Sequence record: ON000910.1
Strand: one strand, 5' to 3'
Length of the DNA: 64,000 bases
Below, in pieces: positions 1 to 7,187 of the stretch. The stretch's first letter is position 1. Each line of letters starts with the position of its first letter. The notes beneath the pieces are model-generated. The model was not told where the DNA came from and ran no database searches. It saw only the letters and a list, made by a program, of their open reading frames with translations. The translations under genes were made by a program, and so were the position numbers.

Positions 1-1
1 G

Positions 2-973
2 CTTGCGGGTTATGGTATTTACAAGTTATTTGAAGAAGAAATCGACCGAATCTTCGTTGCATTGAAGAGTATTTTCAGTGACCCCGAAAAACGGGAAATG
101 TTGTTTAATATAGTGTCGAACTGGTTTAGCGATATGGTTCGAGGTATCGGAGAATGGTTCGGTATTGTCAGTGAAAATATTCAAGAAGCAGTACCAGAAG
201 GTGCAGTTGATGGAATTGTATCTGGCTTCAATGCAGTGACATCTTTCGTTAAGAAAGCTTTCCGAATGTACGTTAATGCAATTAACAAAATCATAGCTGG
301 TTGGTTATCAATTCCTGATTCGTTTAGATTGCTTATGTTAGCAATAGATGACTTGATGTTAAACGTTAAATCATTCGTAGTTGATGCATTAGATGCATTA
401 CCAGACTGGATGCGTTCAGAAGGCATGGACAAGTTCATAGCCGATGCTGACATTGAAGGTAAAAGAGCGAAACTAGATGCTGACAAAGCTGAAGTTCGTG
501 AAAGACTCAATGCGCGTTATCAAACAGACTATCTAGGCAAAGCTGGGGATATGATCGTTGATGGGGCTAAGAATACAGCACAAGCGGTTATAGACGGTGC
601 TAAGAACGCTGCTGATGCTATCAAAGACCCTGCTAAGAATTTAGCAACGTCTGCCGAATCTCTTGACAAGTTCTTGCAAGCTGAAGTTGAGAAGAAGCAA
701 ATAGCAGAAGACGCAATTGTAGCGGCTGAACGTCAACGTATGATCAATGAGGGGATCATTAAGCCAATGCAAGAAGTTAAGCGTTCAATCATCTTAGAAG
801 CTGTCGCAGCGCGAGAAGCAGCATTCCGAGCAGCACAGCAAACGAAAGAGGTTGGAACTAACTTCGTGAACAATGCGGTCAATTCAGTTCAGAATACAAC
901 GAACTTCAATAGACCGTTAAGCGTAAACAGTGAAGCGAAAGTGCCTTCACCAAATAGAAGAACGGTGAATTAA
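2..973 (+). CDS. C-terminal part of a long helical/coiled-coil protein, possibly tail tape-measure/baseplate hub (gp29-like); runs off the window edge
   Basis: Frame open from base 2 (LAGYGIYKLFEEE...); Ala/Lys/Glu-rich helical sequence with AKN repeats; stop overlaps gp3 start. Confidence 0.45.
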   Translation, partial: LAGYGIYKLFEEEIDRIFVALKSIFSDPEKREMLFNIVSNWFSDMVRGIGEWFGIVSENIQEAVPEGAVDGIVSGFNAVTSFVKKAFRMYVNAINKIIAGWLSIPDSFRLLMLAIDDLMLNVKSFVVDALDALPDWMRSEGMDKFIADADIEGKRAKLDADKAEVRERLNARYQTDYLGKAGDMIVDGAKNTAQAVIDGAKNAADAIKDPAKNLATSAESLDKFLQAEVEKKQIAEDAIVAAERQRMINEGIIKPMQEVKRSIILEAVAAREAAFRAAQQTKEVGTNFVNNAVNSVQNTTNFNRPLSVNSEAKVPSPNRRTVN

Positions 974-1509
974 TGAAAAACTTAACGATGAAGAATAATT
1001 TCCGAATCGACATTCCTGATAATAACGCAACTCAAGCGTTTCAGTGGCAGATACAAACTGCCACTATCCCGGGTGTTACGATGGAAATTGCAAGCATTAC
1101 TCGTGGTCCGAAGTATGCCAAACTAGCAAATAACCATGTTGCAGGTTCTGGTACATCATATGACGATCTTTCGATCCAATTCCTAGTCGATGAAGAAATG
1201 CGTACGTATGCAGAGCTGTATAGATGGTTGATCACAATGAACAACCCAACAGGTGCTAGTACAAGTGACGGGATTGTTCCAGTTACTATGCTTCTACATG
1301 TTCTAGACAACAACAAAGATAAAATTGTAGCAACATATCGTTTTGTCAATGCATTCCCAAAGTCACTCAGTGCTGTAGAATGGAACTATACTGAATCTGG
1401 TGATGTTGAAGTCGTAACTTGTGATGTCGAATTTGAATACTCATATTTTGAAATGATTCATAAAGTCGATGGCAAAGAAGAAGTCATAACACCCTATATG
1501 GGTTCATAG
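973..1509 (+). CDS. 3: Tail tube terminator / tail completion protein gp3
   Basis: Resembles T4 gp3 (NF.I.IP...F..Q...IPG, FLVDEE...Y..L..W, LHVLDNNK..IV, F.Y.YF); T4 synteny 3-1-57A-57B-tRNAs. Confidence 0.85.
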   Translation: MKNLTMKNNFRIDIPDNNATQAFQWQIQTATIPGVTMEIASITRGPKYAKLANNHVAGSGTSYDDLSIQFLVDEEMRTYAELYRWLITMNNPTGASTSDGIVPVTMLLHVLDNNKDKIVATYRFVNAFPKSLSAVEWNYTESGDVEVVTCDVEFEYSYFEMIHKVDGKEEVITPYMGS

Positions 1510-1518
1510 AAAGCAATT

Positions 1519-1540
1519 AAGCCCCTTACGGGGCTTTTTT
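1519..1540 (+). terminator. Rho-independent terminator
   Basis: AAGCCCC-TTAC-GGGGCTT followed by T-run. Confidence 0.85.
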
Positions 1541-1581
1541 TGTATCTGAATCTAGAGCGAAGCGGCAGAATTTGGTGTGAG

Positions 1582-1654
1582 GCCCAAAAATTGGGCATCA
1601 TCTTAGTAGTATTAGTAGTTTTAGTGAAGTTAGAGGTATTAGTAATATTAGAGA
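1582..1654 (+). repeat. Hairpin plus 6x9-nt TTAG array, copy 1 (copy 2 at 54549-54621, - strand)
   Basis: GCCCA-AAAAT-TGGGC, then TCTTAGTAG TATTAGTAG TTTTAGTGA AGTTAGAGG TATTAGTAA TATTAGAGA; 51/55 identity with the reverse complement of 54549-54603. Confidence 0.85.
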
Positions 1655-1739
1655 ATAGGCACCTTGTCGCATTGTTTAGAAACCACCAGATCTGTCGTAT
1701 AATCGTGAGACGAAACACACTATTAATAGGTAACTCATT

Positions 1740-2384
1740 ATGATTATAGGAATCAATGGACAAAAGCGTTCAGGGAAAGATACCCTTGCTGCTGCCATTA
1801 AAAAATCTCATAGTGATAGCACTTACATTTACAAATTTGCCGACCCGATTAAAGAAGGGTTGTTCATTGGGTTAAAAGAATATGGCTATGATTATGAAGA
1901 CATAGACGGTCAAACAGATTGTGACCGCGAAGTTCCAGTATTTACGTTAGACGAAGCAATTGAACTTGTATTAAAGTGCTGTGACTACGCAAACGTAGAT
2001 GCTGATTATGATTACGTATACTTTACTCTACTTCCACACACTGGTCTTTTTAGTATTCGAGATCTCTTACAAATGACAGGTACTGATGTTGCACGTTCTC
2101 TTAACGATCAGCATTGGATCAATTATGCACGTGATAAATACAATCAGTTAGTGTTTAACAACCCCGACTTGCTCTTTATAATTACTGATGTTCGTTTTGA
2201 AAACGAAATGAATTTAGTATATGAGCTTGGTGGCACGATGTTACAAGTTAACCGAGAAGGTTCTCTGGCATCTAATCACATTAGCGATACCGAATTGGGT
2301 TTTATTGAAGACGCTATTCAAATAGACAATAACGGTTCTCTTGAAGAACTGTATGAACAAATTGATAATTTAAATTTAAGGTGA
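1740..2384 (+). CDS. 1: Deoxynucleoside monophosphate kinase gp1
   Basis: IIGINGQKRSGKDT P-loop, FADPIK, R.LLQ..GTD, ITDVRFENE motifs; synteny. Confidence 0.92.
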   Translation: MIIGINGQKRSGKDTLAAAIKKSHSDSTYIYKFADPIKEGLFIGLKEYGYDYEDIDGQTDCDREVPVFTLDEAIELVLKCCDYANVDADYDYVYFTLLPHTGLFSIRDLLQMTGTDVARSLNDQHWINYARDKYNQLVFNNPDLLFIITDVRFENEMNLVYELGGTMLQVNREGSLASNHISDTELGFIEDAIQIDNNGSLEELYEQIDNLNLR

Positions 2385-2388
2385 AAAC

Positions 2389-2655
2389 ATGTCACAACAA
2401 ACTGCTGAACAAGTAATCGAACAGAAAGACGCACAAATCAAAGATCTTAAAGTGCGTACCTTTGACCTACAAGAGACTCTTCAAGAAGAGCGCAATTCTT
2501 TTGGTCAGTTCGTGGGTGTACTAGCTCAACTACTCGATTTCGATCAGACGCAAGCAAGTTCTCTACAGAACTACGTTGACGAAATCGCAATTCTAACCGG
2601 TAAAGCTGAACGTCCTGCTGAAGGCGACGGCGAACAAGAAAAAGACGCTGAATAA
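2389..2655 (+). CDS. 57A: Tail fibre assembly chaperone gp57A
   Basis: Small acidic coiled-coil protein between gene 1 and 57B, as in T4. Confidence 0.7.
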   Translation: MSQQTAEQVIEQKDAQIKDLKVRTFDLQETLQEERNSFGQFVGVLAQLLDFDQTQASSLQNYVDEIAILTGKAERPAEGDGEQEKDAE

Positions 2656-3110
2656 TGAAACTATCTAAGTTCCTTGAAAGTCAGGGAACTTACGTTGGTA
2701 TCAGATTAGACGAGGCGAGTAAGCAAGAGTTAGTTCGATTGCAGAAAACGCTTCGTCTAAAAAATCCGTTAGAACCAGATAAATTTCACGTGACTGTGCT
2801 TTATAGTCGTAAGCAAATTGATGTACCTGTTGTCGATACCACTTTCGTTGCTACTGTTGAACATATCGACTGTTGGAAAACGCAAGACGGCAAATATGCA
2901 GTTGTTGCTAAGATGGTATGTCCAGAACTTGTAGAACGTCACGATGATCTTATCTCTATCGGTGGTACTCACGACTACCCTGACTATACCCCTCACGTTA
3001 CGTTGTCTTATGACGACGCGATCACACCTATGTCCGTCAACGCTGAAGTTCGGCTTGTTGATGAATATCTTGAACCACTTGATTTAAATTGGGTTGATAG
3101 TAATGACTGA
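2655..3110 (+). CDS. acb1: 2H phosphoesterase gp57B / anti-CBASS nuclease Acb1
   Basis: Two HxT motifs (FHVTVLYSR, PHVTLSY), W.TQDG, G.THDY.DYTPH and EY.EPL.L.W as in T4 57B. Confidence 0.88.
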   Translation: MKLSKFLESQGTYVGIRLDEASKQELVRLQKTLRLKNPLEPDKFHVTVLYSRKQIDVPVVDTTFVATVEHIDCWKTQDGKYAVVAKMVCPELVERHDDLISIGGTHDYPDYTPHVTLSYDDAITPMSVNAEVRLVDEYLEPLDLNWVDSND

Positions 3111-3357
3111 TTTATCTACTGAAGCAGTATTAAAGAAGTACAATGAAGCTCCCGAAACTCTAACTACTGAAGAGAACGTTGTATTATTGACGTATATCAT
3201 CGGTATGCAGACCGATCAGATTGCTTTACTTAAAGAGAACAACAAACTTTACGATAAAGCTATCACTGAGCTTCAGCAAGCTGTATCTCAGCTTCAAATC
3301 AAGCACGCTGCGCTTGAACGAGGTGAGACAGAAAGCGGTATCATTCTTTCAGTATAA
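3103..3357 (+). CDS. Hypothetical coiled-coil protein
   Basis: ORF overlapping the 57B stop. Confidence 0.65.
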   Translation: MTDLSTEAVLKKYNEAPETLTTEENVVLLTYIIGMQTDQIALLKENNKLYDKAITELQQAVSQLQIKHAALERGETESGIILSV

Positions 3358-3365
3358 AAACTCTC

Positions 3366-3402
3366 AAAAAGTTGTTGACTTATTCTGAAAAGCATGTAGA
3401 AT
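3366..3402 (+). promoter_or_regulatory. Early (sigma70-like) promoter
   Basis: A-tract, TTGACT (3375), TG-TAGAAT (3397). Confidence 0.7.
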
Positions 3403-3458
3403 GTATTTCATCGAGTCGAGAGACAGAACACAAACTTTCAACTCGATGAAATATTTGA

Positions 3459-3495
3459 AAAAAGTTGTTGACTTACACTGAAATGATGTTAAGAT
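3459..3495 (+). promoter_or_regulatory. Early promoter driving the ncRNA/tRNA cluster
   Basis: AAAAAAGTTGTTGACT (same upstream block as 3366) ... TAAGAT; start site expected near 3502. Confidence 0.65.
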
Positions 3496-3503
3496 TAACA
3501 CAG

Positions 3504-3612
3504 TTGATTAAGCGAGCTAAGTTCATCGTTCTCGCCTCTTATTGAAGATGAACAATATTGATTAAGCAGACTAAACTCATCGTTTCTGCCTCTTCTCTGA
3601 AGATGAGTAATA
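3504..3612 (+). ncRNA. Two tandem 54/55-nt H-type pseudoknot repeats
   Basis: Unit 1: S1 GCGAG/CTCGC, S2 GTTCATC/GATGAAC. Unit 2: S1 GCAGA/TCTGC, S2 ACTCATC/GATGAGT. Compensatory changes with conserved linkers. Confidence 0.75.
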
Positions 3613-3760
3613 TTTTAAATGTGCGTTAGCCGCAATGAATACATGGAGCCAGTATACGTTCTGGCGTGCAGGGATACTCTTAGCGGACGAATTCTCAATC
3701 AAAAAACTAGCTGAGTTAAAATTCGCTCAGTCGGCGTGCAAGTAGCGCACATTTAAAATA
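3613..3760 (+). ncRNA. ~145-nt structured RNA with long terminal stem and a variant GCAA motif
   Basis: TATTTTAAATGTGCG / CGCACATTTAAAATA terminal stem; internal hairpins GCCAG/CTGGC and CTGAG/CTCAG; GTGCGT-TA-GCCGCAA ... GCGCAC. Confidence 0.6.
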
Positions 3761-3776
3761 TCGAGAGTACATTGGT

Positions 3777-3899
3777 CGAGTGTTGGTGTAGTGGCAGCAC
3801 ACGTAGCATACTGTAATCAGGCATGATTATATTCAGCAACCAATTTACGCATATCATAGGGAGATCGTGGGAACGGTTCGATTCCGTTACACTCGACCA
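3777..3899 (+). ncRNA. tRNA chimera 1: Pro-like scaffold (C1-G72, loop ATAGGGA) with 49-nt insert in the anticodon stem
   Basis: Acceptor CGAGTGT/ACACTCG-ACCA, D arm, T arm AACGG-TTCGATT-CCGTT; insert 3804-3852 contains GTAATC-AG..GATTAT-AT-TCAGCAA. Confidence 0.8.
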
Positions 3900-3932
3900 A
3901 TGTACTCTCACTTATCAAGCGAGGTGAACAAT

Positions 3933-4082
3933 TTGATTGTATATCTTCTCGCACTAGTATTCATCGTCCTCTTTGCCTTGGACATTGAAGAAGAAAAGGT
4001 GCGCATTCATACTTTTGCGCTAATCATATGCGAACGGGTCATTCATCCCGTAAATAAAGCGCACGATTTCAGGTTGTGTTGA
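3933..4082 (+). CDS. Small putative membrane peptide (TTG start)
   Basis: GAGGTG SD 6 nt upstream; hydrophobic N-terminus IVYLLALVFIVLFAL. Confidence 0.4.
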   Translation: MIVYLLALVFIVLFALDIEEEKVRIHTFALIICERVIHPVNKAHDFRLC

Positions 4083-4156
4083 TTAGCTAAGGCAAAATAA
4101 ACTAGAGAATTTTTGGTGCTTGTGATTAACCACAAGCACTCTCAAGAACATATTGA

Positions 4157-4281
4157 GCAGGGTTGGTGTAGTGGCTAGCACACGTAGCATAAACGCAAGC
4201 TGTTAAGTTTGTATTCTGCAATCAATTTAGCATATCATTTCCAAGATCGTGACGCAGGTTCGAATCCTGCACCCTGCTCAA
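4157..4281 (+). ncRNA. tRNA chimera 2: Gly-like scaffold (G1-C72, U73, TTCCAA loop, 3' CAA) with 49-nt insert
   Basis: GCAGGGT/ACCCTGC, T arm GCAGG-TTCGAAT-CCTGC; insert 4185-4233 contains GCAAGC-TG-TTA-A-GTTTGT-AT-TCTGCAA. Confidence 0.8.
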
Positions 4282-4289
4282 TATGTTTT

Positions 4290-4396
4290 TACTACTTTGC
4301 CAACGAGAAAAATAATTTTCGCGGGGTGTTGGTTAAAAGGTTCGAATCCTTGGTTAGGTAGCGTTTCGACGCCCTGACAAGCGAAACAAAGTAGTA
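4290..4396 (+). ncRNA. Multibranch RNA with a T-loop hairpin
   Basis: TACTACTTTG/CAAAGTAGTA closing stem; AAGG-TTCGAAT-CCTT; CCAAC/GTTGG and GTTAGG/CCTGAC stems. Confidence 0.55.
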
Positions 4397-4403
4397 ATAT
4401 AAT

Positions 4404-4521
4404 GGTGAAGTTAGTTCAGTAGGTTAGAACGCCGGCCAAAAAAAACGAAGTCTGATAAGATTTCATTCTGCATTCACATGCACGCCGGAGGTCGCAGGTT
4501 CGAGTCCTGCACTTCACCTTC
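4404..4521 (+). ncRNA. tRNA chimera 3: Asp-like scaffold with insert in the anticodon loop, no encoded CCA
   Basis: GTTC-AGTAGGTTA-GAAC D arm, CCGGC/GCCGG stem, T arm GCAGG-TTCGAGT-CCTGC; insert contains GAAGTC-TG-ATA-A-GATTTC-AT-TCTGCAT. Confidence 0.78.
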
Positions 4522-4528
4522 AAATTCT

Positions 4529-4653
4529 GGAGAGTTAGCTCAGTCTGGTAGAGCAAAAGAATGTTAAAGAATACTGACAAGCATTCATGCTGCAAACCTT
4601 AATAACTAGGTAAATCTTTTTGTCACGTGGTTCAAATCCCGTACTCTCCACCA
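4529..4653 (+). ncRNA. tRNA chimera 4: scaffold with AAAGA/TCTTT anticodon stem enclosing a 54-nt expanded loop
   Basis: GGAGAGT/ACTCTCC-ACCA, GCTC/GAGC D arm, TTCAAAT T loop; insert contains GAATAC-TG-ACA-A-GCATTC-AT-GCTGCAA. Confidence 0.78.
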
Positions 4654-4667
4654 ATTTTCGAGGGTTT

Positions 4668-5036
4668 ATGAATAAGTTTAATGACATTAATGACGAACTT
4701 GATTGTATATTGCATCGTTGTGAGATTGTAAAGCGCAATCTTCGAAAATATTGTACATTTGCTGTTGAAATGCAGTATAGACTTATGATAAACTTCATTG
4801 GCATGGGTTGCTATCAACAAGTTCTGCCGATATTAGACAATCTAAATTATCACCCTGATACAAGTCAGTTTGATAATATTGAGATTATGCAAACTATAAA
4901 AGAATTGATGAAATGTGCAGATAAGCTCGATGAGCTACATCAACAAGACGCTTTTCATCAAATTAAATCGACTGCTCGTATTACAGAAGAAGCAAACATC
5001 TTCGCTGCGAAAGTTGGTCGATTTCTGGAGAAATGA
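4668..5036 (+). CDS. Hypothetical protein
   Basis: GAGG SD before ATG 4668; the longer track start lies inside a tRNA-like RNA. Confidence 0.65.
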   Translation: MNKFNDINDELDCILHRCEIVKRNLRKYCTFAVEMQYRLMINFIGMGCYQQVLPILDNLNYHPDTSQFDNIEIMQTIKELMKCADKLDELHQQDAFHQIKSTARITEEANIFAAKVGRFLEK

Positions 5037-5037
5037 T

Positions 5038-5115
5038 GGCCCTATAGCTCAACACGGTTAGAGCAACCGACTCATAATCGGTAGGTTACAGGTTCGAGTC
5101 CTGTTGGGGTCACCA
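5038..5115 (+). tRNA. tRNA-CAT (elongator Met or Ile2)
   Basis: Full cloverleaf, loop CTCATAA, ACCA end. Confidence 0.9.
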
Positions 5116-5194
5116 AAAATAAATTGAAAAAGTTGTTGACAGACGTTTCATCAACGTGTAGTATACACATTATCAACTACACGAGGAAAACATT

Positions 5195-5425
5195 ATGTCA
5201 CATAAATTGCTAGTTATCACATCAATGCACGGTTGCTACGTCGATTACGATTTCAGAACTGAAATGTTTGACAGATACATGTGTGATGTTGTGATTCCGA
5301 ACGACTCTGTTGTTTTGTACTCGGGTACAGTTTCAATAGATGAAATTCAAGCAGTTGCGAACGAATGTTACGCTGACATCAAGATTGAAGAAGTCAGTGA
5401 TGATGTTTTTGACAGCTATCTTTAA
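5195..5425 (+). CDS. Hypothetical early protein
   Basis: Upstream TTGACA...TAGTAT promoter and GAGG SD. Confidence 0.7.
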   Translation: MSHKLLVITSMHGCYVDYDFRTEMFDRYMCDVVIPNDSVVLYSGTVSIDEIQAVANECYADIKIEEVSDDVFDSYL

Positions 5426-5429
5426 AAAT

Positions 5430-5669
5430 GCCGCTAACTGGCGTACAATACACAGTGTATTCCCAACATTAGTGCAGACGTAGGCTCGCAACCTACGTTG
5501 GTACCGAATCACTGGGACCGAGTAGAAAGTGCATGTGAGATGTCGAAGTCTTGTATGTAGAAATAACGCTCGGCTGCTCTGAAATGCTGATTAGCTCTTA
5601 CTTCGAAACTCTAATTGGGTGGAAGAGGTGTTGTGTTTGACGTGTGTTCGATTCACACGAGCGGCGCCA
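5430..5669 (+). ncRNA. 240-nt tRNA-like RNA with tmRNA-type architecture
   Basis: GCCGCT/AGCGGC-GCCA acceptor, CGTGTG-TTCGATT-CACACG T arm, AACTGG D-like loop, ACAATAC/GTGTTGT helix enclosing ~175 nt. Confidence 0.65.
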
Positions 5670-5682
5670 AGAGGAAATTATA

Positions 5683-6207
5683 ATGAAACCATTGAAGTTC
5701 GTTGAAGCGTTCTCTAAAGAAGAACGTGCTGCTATGACGATTGAAGAACGTAGCAGACTTCGTAAAATATATAACGAACGCTATCAAGAGTATGTTGATA
5801 AGTACATCAATGTATTCACTCGAAAAGACTTTCGAAGAGAGCGTTGCTGGGTTATTCTTGCACGATGTAAAAAGACTGGTGAAATCATCGGTCGAATTGA
5901 AAATAGTTTTAGTATGGGATGGTCTAAAGAACGTGTTCGTGTTATTCGACCGTATCTAAACGGTAATTTCACGGGCGATGATCGCTTCTCTAAAGCTGAG
6001 TACAACAAAGCGTGTGCTGAGTACATAACTCATCATGAGAAACAAGTAAAGTCTCTCAGAGAAGCTTACAAAGACACTCACGACGTTTTCTTATCTCGTG
6101 TGGGTAGTAAGAACTGTCCTGTTTCTATTGATTGGGATACGTATTACAATAAAAAAGACAAACGAAACTTTGAATATCGAAATTTGAAGTTCAAAACGAA
6201 ATCATAA
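5683..6207 (+). CDS. Hypothetical basic protein
   Basis: GAGG SD, ATG 5683; the track start lies within the T arm of the ncRNA. Confidence 0.7.
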   Translation: MKPLKFVEAFSKEERAAMTIEERSRLRKIYNERYQEYVDKYINVFTRKDFRRERCWVILARCKKTGEIIGRIENSFSMGWSKERVRVIRPYLNGNFTGDDRFSKAEYNKACAEYITHHEKQVKSLREAYKDTHDVFLSRVGSKNCPVSIDWDTYYNKKDKRNFEYRNLKFKTKS

Positions 6208-6238
6208 ATACTTTCTTTTAGAGTTTAGAGGAAGAAGT

Positions 6239-6535
6239 ATGAAAACGTTTGGTGAATTCCTAATTGAATTTGGTGGCGGCGGATTTCAATCTGGCGCTGC
6301 TGATGACAGTAGATTTTTAGAAGAACTTGTTCGCAGGTTGCAGAAGAAGCAAGTTCAAATTAGTAAGAAAACTGATTCTGTGAATTGGGGTCATGGTAAA
6401 ATCACGGTTAGAGATGGGAAAGTTCGTTATATTACGAAATATGATGGCCCGCGTGATTTCAAAGAGTTTAGTAGTACACGTGAATTCATGGATGCGTTCA
6501 TGAAAGGTGACTACACTCAATTGCAAGACAAATAA
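6239..6535 (+). CDS. Putative internal head protein
   Basis: N-terminus MKTFGEFLIE resembles the T4 capsid-targeting sequence; late promoter CATAAATA at 6203. Confidence 0.6.
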   Translation: MKTFGEFLIEFGGGGFQSGAADDSRFLEELVRRLQKKQVQISKKTDSVNWGHGKITVRDGKVRYITKYDGPRDFKEFSSTREFMDAFMKGDYTQLQDK

Positions 6536-6540
6536 TTTAT

Positions 6541-6656
6541 AGTCGGGTAGCTCAGTGGTAGAGCACGAAGAATGATACTGACAAGTATCGCTCCAGCACT
6601 CCTTCAATTGCCTGTTAAGCACGTGGTCGCTGGTTCGAATCCAGCCCCGACTACCA
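6541..6656 (+). ncRNA. tRNA chimera 5: Asn(GTT) scaffold with 41-nt insert in the anticodon stem
   Basis: Removing 6568-6608 gives CGTGC-CTGTTAA-GCACG and a 75-nt cloverleaf with ACCA; insert contains TGATAC-TG-ACA-A-GTATCG-CT-CCAGCAC. Confidence 0.82.
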
Positions 6657-6682
6657 TTTTTGATAAACTAGTGAGGTATAAC

Positions 6683-6919
6683 ATGAGCGGAACATTTAAT
6701 ATCAACAAAACGTTACTGACTCCGAAACAATTGCGCAATCTAACAGATGAGCGTCTAAATGAATATCGCAAGTCGTTTCGTAAGCCTCTTGGTTTTTTGA
6801 AGCATCTGAACGATACAAACGAATTGACTTCAGATCAACACAAGAAATTCGTTGAGCTTAATAAGCACTATAACGACGAAATCCTTGTTGAAATGAACAA
6901 GCGAAAACACTTAGGTTAA
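6683..6919 (+). CDS. Hypothetical protein
   Basis: GAGG SD before ATG 6683. Confidence 0.65.
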   Translation: MSGTFNINKTLLTPKQLRNLTDERLNEYRKSFRKPLGFLKHLNDTNELTSDQHKKFVELNKHYNDEILVEMNKRKHLG

Positions 6920-7187
6920 TAAAATCGCAGAAAGTTGAAATTTTTTTCAATTTTCTGCGAAAATATCGCAAATCGTCAGATTTAGTGTTATAAGTACTAT
7001 AAAGAAACAAAACAAATTTTAATTTTTATTTCAAGAGAGCATTCAATGACGCATTCGTTTACACATTCATCTGAGACATTACGCAGCGATTTTCTGCGCT
7101 CAGAATTCGTGTATCTAGCGAATCCGATTGCGAACCAGAAGTGGGATACCCTCTTGTAGTCCGATAGTATAACATAGAAGTATACTT

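Noticed and set aside
1540-1743. 67-aa ORF with an LVVLVVLV hydrophobic stretch
   Set aside because: The hydrophobic run is the translation of the 9-nt TTAG array; it starts in a terminator and has no SD.
2655-2684. Capsid-targeting peptide on Acb1 (MKLSKFLES)
   Set aside because: Weak match and no dedicated late promoter; T4 57B has a similar N-terminus.
3504-3612. CRISPR array or preQ1 riboswitch reading of the tandem repeats
   Set aside because: There are no unique spacers and no cas genes; the preQ1-I consensus and a downstream que gene are absent.
4447-4595. Hammerhead ribozyme (CTGATAAG / CTGACAAG)
   Set aside because: There is no GAAA core strand or three-stem arrangement; the sequence is explained by the X'-TG-loop-A-X motif.
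5430-5669. Calling this a bona fide tmRNA (ssrA)
   Set aside because: No G3-U70, short length and no credible tag peptide; kept only as tmRNA-shaped.
3777-6656. Group I introns in tRNA genes
   Set aside because: The inserts are only ~40-50 nt and lack P/Q/R/S core elements.
7070-7090. GACATT-AC-GCAGCGA as a further motif copy
   Set aside because: The core is degenerate and there is no good X'-WG partner.
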